Part shown: positions 8,995-19,549 of the stretch, in pieces | How the letters are laid out: every line of letters starts with the position of its first letter | How positions within the stretch are numbered: the first letter of the stretch is position 1 | DNA from: an uncultured Methanosarcinales archaeon | GTDB lineage: Archaea > Nanobdellota > Nanobdellia > Woesearchaeales > CAYNLP01 | NCBI GenBank assembly: GCA_964398115.1 | Contig: CAYNLP010000004.1 | Location: 1-64,000 of the forward strand | Direction: 5' to 3' | Length of the DNA: 64,000 bases | The notes under the pieces: generated by a model | Told to the model about the DNA's origin: nothing | The model's input: the letters and a program-made list of their open reading frames with translations, nothing else | Database searches by the model: none | Program-made: the position numbers and the translations under genes

Positions 8995-10870
8995 CTAAAT
9001 CATCCTCAAAGAAATCTTTAATTTTCCTCTCATAATCCATAGTGACCTCCGGTTGCATATCAGGAGGGAAACAACGCCGATAATTATCCCAAGTATACCT
9101 CTCATCCAAGAAAACAATCACACCACGATCAGTCTCGCTCCTAATACACCTACCAGCGCTTTGCATAGTCCTATTAAAAGCAGGAAATAAATAACCATAA
9201 TCCCAACCCTTACCAAACTTATCATCATAATAATCAATCAAACTCTCAACCTCTAAATCAGGCTTTTGCAAAGGCAAACCAACAATTATAACACCCTTAA
9301 GATAATCCCCCGGCAAATCAATACCTTCACCAAAACTACCACTAGCCACACCAAGCAAAACCGCACCATCACTACTATACTGCTTGAAACGCTGCAAGAA
9401 ATCATGCTTTTCCTTCTTACTCATCCCCCTAACCTCATTGAAAACAGTTTTCTCACACTTCGGCTCTAAATAATCATATACATCACTCTTCAACTGATAA
9501 CTCGGGAAAAACACAGTACTATTACCCGGAATAGCATTAACACAATCCGCAATGATCTCAGCCATACGCTTATACATCTTCTCCCCACGCCTAGTATACT
9601 TAGTACTAGTCTCCGGCACAACCATACTCAAACGATTACTATCAGGAAAAGGATTCTCATAACTCGTCTCAAACGTGTTCTCACCCAAGCCAAGAACCTC
9701 CCTATACATGTGAGTAGGAGAAAGCGTACCACTCATCATAATAGTGCTATGAGCTCGACTAATAACATCTTTCGTGACCAAACTAGGATCTAAACAACGA
9801 TAACTCAAAGTAAAAATAGGTCCAGACTTACCCTGTTTCACACTAAAAATCCTAGCAAAACCCTTATCTGAACCCTCCCACGCCTCTAAAAACTCACCAA
9901 CACTAGCCAAATAACTCTGACGTTCCTCTTCACGAATCTCTCCACCAACCTCTTCCAAATCCTCAACCAACTCGTCATACGGATAAGCCCGATCAACCTT
10001 CTCCCAAAAATCACGCATTTCAACATAAATTTCATCATCACAATCCTCACCATAACCTTCAAACACTTCCAAAATATCCCTTAAAGCTCTTGAAATCTCT
10101 TCATAACCATAATCATTCGCTTCACTAATAGCCCGTTTCAAAACAATATTACTTAATTTCTTACTAGACAAGTTTTTCAAACGACTAGGTAAATTATGAG
10201 CCTCATCCACAATGATAATAGCATCCTCCAACTCTTTACCCGTCCTCTGCATGAAAGGATCTCTAATACCAGGATTAAAAATGTAAAAATAATCCGTCAC
10301 AACAACATGACTATCTTGAGACAATAACATACTAACCTCGTAAGGACAAACATTTTGTTCACCAGCCACGTTAACAATCTCCTCCGTCTCTTGAGGATTA
10401 CTCCTCTTCAACTCTTTCAAAGCATTCTTAGTATTCCTACTTAACTTGTCTCCCTTCTTCAAATTATTATAAAACTCACACATGTCATCCTCACGCATTT
10501 TACGACAAAACTCAGCAAATTCACCACTACTCATCTGCGTCACGTTATCCTGCAAACACAACCACTTCTTACCCACAACGTCAACAGCGTTGAAATCAGC
10601 ATCTTCCCCATGCCTATCCTTAATCTCCTGCATAGTTTGAATCGCGATCTGATGCTGAGTATGACGACTAGTCAAGAAAAAAACAATCTTATCATTCTCC
10701 ATAGCATATTTCAAAGCAGGTGTTAAAACCGCAGCCGTTTTCCCCATACCCGTCGGGGCATGAGCTATCAAATTCTTCCTATTCCGAACTGCATGATTAG
10801 CCTGAGCGAGTAATTTACGCTGAGCATCTCTAACCTTTTCGTACGGGAAAAGAATTTCATCTGTATTCAT
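8987..10870 (-). CDS. xpd: XPD/Rad3-family Fe-S DNA helicase
   Basis: APTGMGKT, Fe-S cysteines with CPY, DEAHNL, SGTL, EGIDLPG and QSAGRCIR motifs. Confidence 0.92.
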   Translation of the reverse strand: MNTDEILFPYEKVRDAQRKLLAQANHAVRNRKNLIAHAPTGMGKTAAVLTPALKYAMENDKIVFFLTSRHTQHQIAIQTMQEIKDRHGEDADFNAVDVVGKKWLCLQDNVTQMSSGEFAEFCRKMREDDMCEFYNNLKKGDKLSRNTKNALKELKRSNPQETEEIVNVAGEQNVCPYEVSMLLSQDSHVVVTDYFYIFNPGIRDPFMQRTGKELEDAIIIVDEAHNLPSRLKNLSSKKLSNIVLKRAISEANDYGYEEISRALRDILEVFEGYGEDCDDEIYVEMRDFWEKVDRAYPYDELVEDLEEVGGEIREEERQSYLASVGEFLEAWEGSDKGFARIFSVKQGKSGPIFTLSYRCLDPSLVTKDVISRAHSTIMMSGTLSPTHMYREVLGLGENTFETSYENPFPDSNRLSMVVPETSTKYTRRGEKMYKRMAEIIADCVNAIPGNSTVFFPSYQLKSDVYDYLEPKCEKTVFNEVRGMSKKEKHDFLQRFKQYSSDGAVLLGVASGSFGEGIDLPGDYLKGVIIVGLPLQKPDLEVESLIDYYDDKFGKGWDYGYLFPAFNRTMQSAGRCIRSETDRGVIVFLDERYTWDNYRRCFPPDMQPEVTMDYERKIKDFFEDDLDG

Positions 10871-10912
10871 AATAAATGGAGAGACAAAGTAGGAATTTAT
10901 AAAACTGTCGTG

Positions 10913-11611
10913 TTAATCTTCTCCACCCTTATCCTTAACCATATCTTTTCCTTTCTTCAAAACATTCTTACACTTATTAATGAAACTCTTAGTAGGTTCT
11001 TCCAACCTTTCCTTAGCATCTTCAGCTCTTTTCTCCCACTCAAGACTGAGATCACGCAAAATCCTATGCATATCCTTAAACCTCCCATGATAATTACCAA
11101 ATCGTACAATATCATCCAAATGTCTCATACGCTTATCACTTGGCTGTTCAGCAGGATAACCAAGAGTTATAACAGCTTGCGCACGAGCTCCATCACGAAT
11201 GTCAATAATATCATCTAACCTTTCTTCATTAAAAGCACCAACCCACGTCGCACCCAAGCCCAAAACATGAGCTGTTAACAACATGTTCTGAATAGCCGCG
11301 GCACAATTCTGTATACTATACAACCTCTTACCTCTCAGTCCATAATGTCTTTCAACCAAGTCTTCATCCGCTACTACCACAATAGCCACTTGAGCCGTTT
11401 GTACACATTCCTGATCTAAACAACAACTAGCTAAATCATTCCGGATAACATCTTTGTCAGTTAAAACCACAAACTTCCACGGCTGTAAATTACCCGCAGA
11501 AGGTGCCATCCCCCCAGCTTCACAAACAGCCATTACCTTATCAAACTCAACAGGTTTTTTACTAAATCTTTCAACCGTCCGCCTGGTTCGAATAGCTTCA
11601 AGAGCTTCCAT
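10913..11611 (-). CDS. nitroreductase family protein
   Basis: IRTRRTV, APSAGNLQPWKF, AAIQNMLL and GLGATWVG motifs. Confidence 0.92.
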   Translation of the reverse strand: MEALEAIRTRRTVERFSKKPVEFDKVMAVCEAGGMAPSAGNLQPWKFVVLTDKDVIRNDLASCCLDQECVQTAQVAIVVVADEDLVERHYGLRGKRLYSIQNCAAAIQNMLLTAHVLGLGATWVGAFNEERLDDIIDIRDGARAQAVITLGYPAEQPSDKRMRHLDDIVRFGNYHGRFKDMHRILRDLSLEWEKRAEDAKERLEEPTKSFINKCKNVLKKGKDMVKDKGGED

Positions 11612-11691
11612 GGTCTAAAAAACAAGCAAATAACTTTATTAAGGTTTCGGGGGGAATAATATAAAAATCTCAAAAAACAAACAAAAGAGAT

Positions 11692-11832
11692 ATGGACGAG
11701 TGGGATAAGAAAAAGAAGAAAATAAAGGAAGAACTAGAAGACAATTTAGAAATCGATGAAGACAGTGACGAACCCCTACATGAAAAATATACTGAAATGG
11801 GGAAGTTCAAAAAGTCAAAAGAAGAGGAATAA
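11692..11832 (+). CDS. small charged hypothetical protein (46 aa)
   Basis: MDEWDKKKKKIKEELEDNLEIDEDSDEPLHEKYTEMGKFKKSKEEE* fills the gap, with an AT-rich TATA-like box upstream. Confidence 0.45.
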   Translation: MDEWDKKKKKIKEELEDNLEIDEDSDEPLHEKYTEMGKFKKSKEEE

Positions 11833-11833
11833 T

Positions 11834-13699
11834 TTATTTCTTCAACTCAAGCCTGTCATGATTTTGAACAGCATCAGCTAAAATCTTACCCAACTTGTTA
11901 CTCCTAGTAATTTTAATCTGACCCTTTTTACTAACAGTAGCGCTCATCAAGAACTCGCCATCAACATAAATGTCCACGTCGTCATTCGCCAAACTTTCAT
12001 CCAATTGCAAAACCACGTTGTTCTGACCAATATCCGCTCTGTAATCAATACTCTCACTACGCACCTTATCCTCATTAGTTTCTCTCACATCAATACCAAT
12101 ATTTAATTCTCTCTCCATCTTCTCAATCCTCTCCCCACCTTTACCAATCAACTTCTTCTTAGCACCATGCGGCACGTAAACAGTAGCTCTATCCTGACTT
12201 TGAACCTCCACATCAATAACATCAGTATAGTTCTGGAAGTAATTAATAATAGTGTCTCGAGCAAGTTCAAACATTGGACTACTAGTAGCCTGCTCACTTA
12301 CAGGAATGACAACAGTCTCTTCTCCATAACTATAAATTTCAAACTCTGCATTACCTGTTTCAAAATCATTAATAACCACAATAGGCCTTGCTAAATCAGC
12401 TTCAGTCATACCAGCAGGGACTTTAACCTGCATCTCCAAAGCATAAACCTTATTCACACCACCATCTCGGATGAAAATAACCGTGTCAATAATATGCGGG
12501 ATTACACCAAGCTCAACCCTCCCCAAGAATCTCTGCACAGCATCGATAGTTTGAGTTGCGTGAACAACACCAATCATACCAACACCAGAAAGCCTCATAT
12601 CACTAAACAATCTAAAATCAGAAGTGTTCCTCATTTCATCAAATATTGTATAATCCGGCCTGCTTAACAACAAAATATCATGAACTTCTTGACTGCTACC
12701 ATGACTTATAGCATACTGAGCTATTTCATCAGACAAGACTAAATCTCTGGGAGCTTCCACAGTTTTAACAACCTTATCCTGATCCAAATAATTCTCTGCA
12801 AGAGCTTGAGCAAAAGTCGTCTTTCCATGACCAGGAGCTCCACTAATAAGTATACCCTCAGCCTGCTCCTCTAACCTCGTCAACAACTTGTCACTTAAGT
12901 CATAATCATCAAGTGTTAGGTGAGCGACAGGTCGCACCGCAGTGATTTCATAACCATCAGAGAAAGGAGGTCGAGTAATAACAATCCTGTAATTAGCAAG
13001 TTGAATTATAGTGCTACCCTTCCTTTCAATCTCAACAAAACTATCATCTCTAACATGAGCCATTTCAACAATGTCATTAGATATCTCCTCCATCTCCTCT
13101 TTCGACAAAGGCTCATCCTCGATTTTAACATACCCCCAACCACCAGGTTCCCCCTTCTTAGCATTTGGAATACATTCTTCTTTCAAATGAATACTCATAG
13201 TTTCCTCATCAAAGAACCGAGCAACCGGTATTTCTCCTTCATCATCTTCTTCAAACTCATACAAGACAACATCAATATTTTTACTTTCAGCGACAAAAGC
13301 TTGCACTCTATCCGCTGTCATCAAAGTAGCCTTTTCTTCAGCAGCGAGCGCCCTTATCAAACTATCAATCTCACCACTCTTAGCATGCTTTATTTCAAAC
13401 TCTCCAGGCCTCTTACCTGTAAACTCAACCTTGAAACCTTCATCCTCTGATAACTCGTTTAACTTCTTAATCTCTTTCAAACCAAGAATGCCAACTTCTC
13501 GTCCTTTATTAGCTTGGTTTTCAAGTTCAGAAACAACAGCTTCATGAATTAATATAGTCTTCAACTTCAAATCGTCCTTAGCTACCTCTTTAGAAATAAT
13601 ACCCTCTATGATAACACTAGTGTCAGGAACTAACTTTTTTACCTTTGTTAATTCTTTACTCTCTTCATTCGCTTTAATCTTCCTAGGCATATCCACCAA
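11834..13699 (-). CDS. PIN-domain/VirB11-like ATPase with KH domain (PINA)
   Basis: PDTSVII PIN start, GAPGHGKTTFAQA Walker A, DEMR, and C-terminal LIGKGG KH motif. Confidence 0.9.
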   Translation of the reverse strand: MVDMPRKIKANEESKELTKVKKLVPDTSVIIEGIISKEVAKDDLKLKTILIHEAVVSELENQANKGREVGILGLKEIKKLNELSEDEGFKVEFTGKRPGEFEIKHAKSGEIDSLIRALAAEEKATLMTADRVQAFVAESKNIDVVLYEFEEDDEGEIPVARFFDEETMSIHLKEECIPNAKKGEPGGWGYVKIEDEPLSKEEMEEISNDIVEMAHVRDDSFVEIERKGSTIIQLANYRIVITRPPFSDGYEITAVRPVAHLTLDDYDLSDKLLTRLEEQAEGILISGAPGHGKTTFAQALAENYLDQDKVVKTVEAPRDLVLSDEIAQYAISHGSSQEVHDILLLSRPDYTIFDEMRNTSDFRLFSDMRLSGVGMIGVVHATQTIDAVQRFLGRVELGVIPHIIDTVIFIRDGGVNKVYALEMQVKVPAGMTEADLARPIVVINDFETGNAEFEIYSYGEETVVIPVSEQATSSPMFELARDTIINYFQNYTDVIDVEVQSQDRATVYVPHGAKKKLIGKGGERIEKMERELNIGIDVRETNEDKVRSESIDYRADIGQNNVVLQLDESLANDDVDIYVDGEFLMSATVSKKGQIKITRSNKLGKILADAVQNHDRLELKK

Positions 13700-13730
13700 A
13701 AAATAACAAGGAGTTTTTAAATGTGTTGTA

Positions 13731-15701
13731 TCAAGTCAAGATTGAAATTATTTTGTAGCCAATCCAATTCATACTCGCCAAGATATAATCCTTTATAGAA
13801 AGGTCAGAAAGTTCCACCGCTAATTCTTTCTCTTCTCTATAAGTTTTTCCAGCTTCGTCTTCATAACTAACCGTGATTTTAAATTTGTTCTTAAAGGTGA
13901 AACCGTTAGTGGAAACAGAAATGTTATATTTCTGAATTTTTTCCAAACTATCCACATGCCATTCTTGACTTGATCCCTGAAAGTCTAACTTTATATCAAC
14001 ATTTTCCGGTGTACTAGTTGATTTTTTTGAAACGTTAAACACCACGTTAATGTCTTCACCGTACTTTGTTCTCTTTGGAGCTTTAGCTTTAATACTCACT
14101 TTGGCTTCATCTAACACGTTCACACGAGTATAACCAGTCTTGCTAATAAGAGGATGTTCAGCTTTAACGATTACATTCTTCACGCCTGGATTTTCAAAAC
14201 TTTTAACTACCTCATAAGAAAGTTCTTCACTAGACTTCAAATCCTTACTTTCACAACTTTCTTCATTACACAATTGCAAACTATCCAGATCTTTCAAACC
14301 AGTGTTTTTCACTGTACAAGAAATGGTAGCTTCTTCATCCAAGTAAATCACTTCTTTTGAACTCTCACAGTTTAAACTTACCTGATTTGAGTAAGGCTTT
14401 TGAGAACTGTCATCGTTAACAATTTCTTTGAATACCTCACCACTGTAAACTTTGCCATCATTGTTACTTTCAAAAACAACTTCTTCCTCAATCCCCTTCT
14501 GACTTCTAACCTTAAACGGGAAAGTGTAAACGTATCTTCCTTCTAAGTTGTTAGGAACTTCTACAAGCCAGTAAACACTTTTTTCTCCACCGGGTTCAAG
14601 TAATACAGATTTCGTCTCTTCTTCAACGCTAATCTCAGGAGGGTGAGATAATTCTAGCGTTAAAGGCTTGTAAATGTTTTCTGAATTATCTATATCAATT
14701 TGTATCAAGTTATATGAACCAAAACCAACTTCTTTATAGTGTGGTTTTGAACTTATAGATACTCCTGCTGTTGCTTTATCTCCGAGGTTTACAACATCGC
14801 TATCAATATCTAAATAACTAGAAGTGACGTCAACATTTCTACCTTGCAAGCTATATTTCAGACTGGGACGATCAGCGTCTAATGAACTACCCATCTTTAC
14901 GTGTCCAGAATCTAAATAACCATATTCAGCATAGGTAGGGTCGAACGGCACCCATCCCTGACCTGGGAAGTACACTTCGGCCCAACCATGACCTCCCCAA
15001 TTGTCGTCATACACTCCAATGTTAGTATAAGACTGACCGTATACGAATCGAGCAGGGATTCCGAGACTTCGCAGCATAGAAATGCTCAAAGAGGTTAACT
15101 CGTCACATACTCCTCGCCTGTTTTTTAAAACCCAACTTGATTTTTGAGAAGCTTCAGCCGTGAGAGAATCTAAACTGTAATTAATATTTTGATTAACCCA
15201 AGTCATGATTGCAAAAGTAACTTCATAAAGGTCGTCCTTCCCCTCTGCTAACTCCGCAGCTTTCTCCTGGATGTCGTCGTTGATGTTAATTTTCCCTTGC
15301 TCTCTCAAATATTTACTGTACTTGCTAGGTAAATTATTGATAGGAAATTCAACTTTTTCTCTAATTGGAAAGTACTTGGATTCAGTATTGATTGAACTAC
15401 TCACTTGGATGTTTAATTCTTTTTCTCTAGGATTCTCCCACCTGAATAAGAATTCATCACCTATTGATTCTGACCTTGGTTCGGTAGTCACGGTAGAAAC
15501 TGTTTGACGATAACTATCTCGCGGAATCCATGAAAGCCGCGCTTCGATGAAATCTATATCATAATTTGCAGTTCTTGGCTGAATGTTTATTTGGTTAGAA
15601 AGAGTCATATCTAAAGAAGCACTTTCTTGATCTAAAGGGTTCTGCGCAGCTACTGAGGTTAGTAAAACCAAGAAAGCCACTGCATACACTGTCTTTTTCA
15701 T
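13731..15701 (-). CDS. secreted transglutaminase-like domain protein
   Basis: Signal peptide and the GVCDE, GHGWAEVY, WVPFDPT Cys-His-Asp triad. Confidence 0.88.
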   Translation of the reverse strand: MKKTVYAVAFLVLLTSVAAQNPLDQESASLDMTLSNQINIQPRTANYDIDFIEARLSWIPRDSYRQTVSTVTTEPRSESIGDEFLFRWENPREKELNIQVSSSINTESKYFPIREKVEFPINNLPSKYSKYLREQGKININDDIQEKAAELAEGKDDLYEVTFAIMTWVNQNINYSLDSLTAEASQKSSWVLKNRRGVCDELTSLSISMLRSLGIPARFVYGQSYTNIGVYDDNWGGHGWAEVYFPGQGWVPFDPTYAEYGYLDSGHVKMGSSLDADRPSLKYSLQGRNVDVTSSYLDIDSDVVNLGDKATAGVSISSKPHYKEVGFGSYNLIQIDIDNSENIYKPLTLELSHPPEISVEEETKSVLLEPGGEKSVYWLVEVPNNLEGRYVYTFPFKVRSQKGIEEEVVFESNNDGKVYSGEVFKEIVNDDSSQKPYSNQVSLNCESSKEVIYLDEEATISCTVKNTGLKDLDSLQLCNEESCESKDLKSSEELSYEVVKSFENPGVKNVIVKAEHPLISKTGYTRVNVLDEAKVSIKAKAPKRTKYGEDINVVFNVSKKSTSTPENVDIKLDFQGSSQEWHVDSLEKIQKYNISVSTNGFTFKNKFKITVSYEDEAGKTYREEKELAVELSDLSIKDYILASMNWIGYKIISILT

Positions 15702-15790
15702 GCAAATACTTTAATTGTCTAAACGTATTTATAATTGTTGTCGCCCCCCGAAACTAATTTAAATCATTTCAATTTCAAAATCAGATACAT

Positions 15791-15872
15791 GCCCGAGTCG
15801 CATAGTGGTATTGCAAGGGACTGCTAATCCCTGCCCGTAATGGGCTCCTGGGTTCGAATCCCAGCTCGGGCG
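15791..15872 (+). tRNA. tRNA-Ser(GCT)
   Basis: Acceptor GCCCGAG/CTCGGGC+G, anticodon arm AGGGA-CTGCTAA-TCCCT, long variable arm, GGTTCGAATCC. Confidence 0.93.
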
Positions 15873-15954
15873 CATTTTCTTTTAAATAGTTGGAAAAACT
15901 CGGTTTTCAATCACTGTGAAACATTTAAATACTAAACTGTATGAGTATAAATTG

Positions 15955-16428
15955 ATGCGTTACGGACTCGTTTTTTTAATAACAACTTTGTTAATCCTGG
16001 CAGCTTGTGGACAGGGAGAAACACAAACTCAAGAAGAAAATGTGACCATGCTGAACAACTTGGGTTTTAGATATGCTAGTGAAGGACAGACGGAAAAAGC
16101 TAAGGAATATTTCAACAAAGCACTTGAGATTAACACGGCTCATGAAACAGCTAGGAAAAACTTAGCTATGATTCACTTCCGGCAGAAAAACTTTACAGCA
16201 GCTGCCGAACACTTCCGTCTCTTAACAAAATATTATCCTGAAAATGCTACGTATCATTTTAACCTTGCAGTTTCACTCACTGAAAGATGCAGACAGTACA
16301 ATGACTGTTCAGGAATCAACGAAAGCATACAAGCACTGAACAAAACTTTAGAATTAAACCCTAATCATCGAAATGCAAGGATGAACTTGGAATTCTTGAA
16401 AAATAATAGAGGAAACTTAACCAATTAA
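15955..16428 (+). CDS. TPR-repeat lipoprotein
   Basis: LAAC lipobox and NNLG..Y/A...F.KAL TPR repeats. Confidence 0.8.
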   Translation: MRYGLVFLITTLLILAACGQGETQTQEENVTMLNNLGFRYASEGQTEKAKEYFNKALEINTAHETARKNLAMIHFRQKNFTAAAEHFRLLTKYYPENATYHFNLAVSLTERCRQYNDCSGINESIQALNKTLELNPNHRNARMNLEFLKNNRGNLTN

Positions 16429-17493
16429 CTCAGTAGTTCTTAACAAATCATTCAAGCTAACCACTCCTGTGAAATCACCATTTTTCACCACAGGCAACAA
16501 ATTCGCGTTTTGCTCTCGCATTAATTTCAAGGCTTTGTAACAATCGTAATGTTCATGTAACGGGTTAACCTCAACCATGATATCCTTGACTTGTTTTACA
16601 GGCCAGTTATGCCTATCAATATCTTTCATCTTATCAAAGTTCAAAACATAATAACTATTTTTTTCACCTACTACAAACTTGATATTGCCTTGTTTGATAT
16701 AATCCTCAACCAAAGTCTCCAGAGAATCTTCCGGATCTACTTCAACAAAGTCATCACTCATAACTTTCTTAATACTCATACTACCAAGTTCCTCCTTATA
16801 CAAAACTTCCTTATAACTTGCGTCAGCTAGTAAGTAAAGGAAGCCACCGAGCAAGATATACCACAAACCCGCTCCGCCAGTAAAAATCATTATGAAACCA
16901 ACACCAGCCATTAAACCACCGAAAACTTTACCACCAACGCTGGCCGCTCTCGTCGCTTTTCTCAAACTACCCGTGTATTTCCAAACTACACTCCTAAAAA
17001 TACGGCCTCCGTCCAACGGAAAACCTGGGACCATGTTAAACGCTGCTAAGATAAGATTAATCTTAAACAAATAATCAACTATCGGGAAGACAAACCTCCC
17101 AGGATTTAACAACGTGAATAAGAAAAATAATCCTCCAAGAACCGTACTCAAAACAGGGCCAGCGATAGCGATTTGAAATTCTTTCTCCGCATCCAAACCT
17201 TCTTCGTCAGCATTAGCAACACCACCAAAGAAAAACAATGTAATACCACGCACATCAATACCATGATGCTTAGCTGTTAAACTATGACTTAACTCGTGAG
17301 CTAAGACACAAGCAAATAACAAAACACCACTGATTATGCCAAGAATCCAATAAGCTGTGATGCTGTATCCCGTGTATTCGCTAGGAAAGTAATCACTGGC
17401 GAGGCTCCAAGCCAACAAAGCCAGTATGAAAAACCAGCTATAATGCAAATTAACGTTAATGTCAAAAACCTTGCCAAGGTTAACTGAAGCCAT
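16417..17493 (-). CDS. site-2 protease (M50) with CBS domains
   Basis: HELSH and FNMVPGFPLDGG motifs, C-terminal CBS pair. Confidence 0.92.
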   Translation of the reverse strand: MASVNLGKVFDINVNLHYSWFFILALLAWSLASDYFPSEYTGYSITAYWILGIISGVLLFACVLAHELSHSLTAKHHGIDVRGITLFFFGGVANADEEGLDAEKEFQIAIAGPVLSTVLGGLFFLFTLLNPGRFVFPIVDYLFKINLILAAFNMVPGFPLDGGRIFRSVVWKYTGSLRKATRAASVGGKVFGGLMAGVGFIMIFTGGAGLWYILLGGFLYLLADASYKEVLYKEELGSMSIKKVMSDDFVEVDPEDSLETLVEDYIKQGNIKFVVGEKNSYYVLNFDKMKDIDRHNWPVKQVKDIMVEVNPLHEHYDCYKALKLMREQNANLLPVVKNGDFTGVVSLNDLLRTTELIG

Positions 17494-17526
17494 AACTCAA
17501 GATAGAGAAGCTACTTTCTTAAAGCT

Positions 17527-17736
17527 TCACATGAATTCAATAGTGTCCTCATCAATCTTCGTCACCATACCGTCATTCATCAAATCTTTAATCGCGTCTT
17601 CAACCTGATCTTTGTTAAATCCATGTGGTTCAGCCTGTTCAACCACATCGTCAACAGGGATAGCTCCACCCATTTGATCATGTAAATCCCTGATTATTTT
17701 AGTAATCTTATTTCGGTCTCTCGAATCCACACTCAT
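17527..17736 (-). CDS. stand-alone winged-helix protein (MCM/RPA C-terminal wH-like)
   Basis: KIIRDL...GGAIPVDDVVEQAE..GFNKDQVEDAIKDLMNDG. SD GAGGTGA upstream. Confidence 0.65.
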   Translation of the reverse strand: MSVDSRDRNKITKIIRDLHDQMGGAIPVDDVVEQAEPHGFNKDQVEDAIKDLMNDGMVTKIDEDTIEFM

Positions 17737-17835
17737 TCACCTCACTGTTGAGGAAACTTTCAAACGTTTTTAAATGTTTATTGTAAAGAAGTAAACCCGC
17801 AACTTTTTTAAAAGAATTCAGGTTTCCGTTCTAAT

Positions 17836-17910
17836 AGCGGGGTGGGGCAGCCAGGAGTGCCCGTCGGGCTCATAACCCGGAGGTCGGAAGTTCAAATCTT
17901 CCCCCCGCTA
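17836..17910 (+). tRNA. initiator tRNA-Met(CAT)
   Basis: A1:U72 acceptor AGCGGGG/CCCCGCT and GGG/CCC anticodon stem around CTCATAA. Confidence 0.93.
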
Positions 17911-17947
17911 TCACAAAGTTTAAATTGATATCGTCCTTTCTCCACTT

Positions 17948-18751
17948 ATGATGATACCGACTAAAACTTTGAAAGGTGGTAGTGAAATACCTGTTTTGGG
18001 TTTGGGGACTTGGCAGTTAAAGGATGAAGACGCGGTGAAGTCGGCTTTAGATCTCGGCTACACTCATATTGACACTGCTGCTGCTTACGGCAATCATGAA
18101 ATAATTGGTCGGGCTATTGAGGATTACGACCGTGAGGATTTGTGGATTACCAGCAAACTTTGGCGTACGGACTTGGCTCAGGAAGATGCTATCAAGGCTT
18201 GCAACAAAGCTTTGAGTGAGTTGGGGACTGATTATCTAGACTTGTATTTAATTCATTGGCCTAACAAGGATGTATCGATGAGAGAAACTTTCAAAGCATT
18301 AAACAGGTTGTACGAGCATGGCAAGATTGAGAACGTAGGAGTTAGTAACTTCACAATTGATCATTTAGAGCAGGCTTTAGAAGTTAGTGAAGTCCCGATT
18401 GTGATGAATCAGGTTGAATTTCATCCTTTCTTGTATCAGAAAGATTTGCTAAAATTTTGTCATAGTAAGAACATTCATGTCACGGCGTATAGTCCAATCG
18501 CTCAAGGCAAAGTTTTAGATGATGAAACTTTACAAGTAATTGGAGAAAGACATGGTAAGACACCTTGTCAGATTAGTTTGAGATGGGCTTTGCAGCACGG
18601 TTTAATTGTCATACCCAAGTCGAGTTCTAGAGAGCATCAGAAAGAGAACATGGAAGTGTTTGACTTCAAGCTTAGCGATGAAGAAATGAAGAAGATTGAT
18701 AGTTTAAACAAGAATATGAGGATTATAGATCCAGGTTTTGCAGAGTTCTAA
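17948..18751 (+). CDS. aldo/keto reductase
   Basis: LGLGTW, IDTAAAYGN, DLYLIHWP, GVSNF and IPKS motifs. Confidence 0.95.
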   Translation: MMIPTKTLKGGSEIPVLGLGTWQLKDEDAVKSALDLGYTHIDTAAAYGNHEIIGRAIEDYDREDLWITSKLWRTDLAQEDAIKACNKALSELGTDYLDLYLIHWPNKDVSMRETFKALNRLYEHGKIENVGVSNFTIDHLEQALEVSEVPIVMNQVEFHPFLYQKDLLKFCHSKNIHVTAYSPIAQGKVLDDETLQVIGERHGKTPCQISLRWALQHGLIVIPKSSSREHQKENMEVFDFKLSDEEMKKIDSLNKNMRIIDPGFAEF

Positions 18752-18779
18752 ATTATTTATTGTCTATATTGAAAAAAAT
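18751..18779 (-). repeat. dispersed AT-rich quasi-palindrome, copy 2 (diverged)
   Basis: Plus strand AATTATTTATTGTCTATATTGAAAAAAAT aligns with copy 3 (AATTATTTTTTGTCAATATAGAAAATAAT). Confidence 0.55.
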
Positions 18780-18820
18780 GGGGGGAAACGCTTATATATT
18801 TCTCAAAAAAGAACTAATCT

Positions 18821-19468
18821 ATGGTTTTACTAGCAGGTATTGAAGAGGCCGGCCGCGGTCCAGTACTTGGAGATTTAGTCATAGCTATAGTAGCTGTAGA
18901 AGAAGAAAAAGAACAAGAATTAGCAGATCTTGGTGTGAAAGATTCTAAAGAACTTTCTCCTGAAAAAAGAGAAAAATTATTTGAAAAAATTCAAGAAAAG
19001 TGCCGTTATGAAATAACGTCAGTTACTCCTCAAGAAATTGATGAAGCTATCAAATCTCCAAGTAGTGATTTAAATCGTCTAACTGCGAAGAAAATGGCCG
19101 AACTTATCAACAAAGTAAAACCAGACAAGGTCATAGTTGACAGTCCAAGTAGCAATACAGAAGTTTTTGAACAACAGCTGAAAAAATATTTGAGTTTGGC
19201 TGTAGAACTTGACGTCAAGAACAAGGCAGATCGCGACCACACTATCGTAGGAGCTGCTTCTATACTTGCCAAAGTCACAAGAGACAGAGCTGTGAAGAAA
19301 TTAGAGAAAAAACACGATATAGAAATAGGGAGTGGATATCCCAGCGACAAAATAACACAAAAATTCCTAGAAGAAAACTGGGACAAGTACGACTTTTTCC
19401 GAAAGTCATGGTTGACATGGCAAAAAATGGCAGAAGAGGACGAACAAAGAGGTTTAGATGATTTCTGA
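18821..19468 (+). CDS. rnhB: ribonuclease HII
   Basis: GIEEAGRGPV, DSKEL, AASILAKV and GSGYPSD motifs. C-terminal PIP box QRGLDDF. Confidence 0.95.
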   Translation: MVLLAGIEEAGRGPVLGDLVIAIVAVEEEKEQELADLGVKDSKELSPEKREKLFEKIQEKCRYEITSVTPQEIDEAIKSPSSDLNRLTAKKMAELINKVKPDKVIVDSPSSNTEVFEQQLKKYLSLAVELDVKNKADRDHTIVGAASILAKVTRDRAVKKLEKKHDIEIGSGYPSDKITQKFLEENWDKYDFFRKSWLTWQKMAEEDEQRGLDDF

Positions 19469-19549
19469 CCAATTTTCACCACCTGTTGAACACAATCTTT
19501 ATATAAGGAGAGTTAGGTGTAAATATAGAAGTGGAAGAGTGATATTCTG

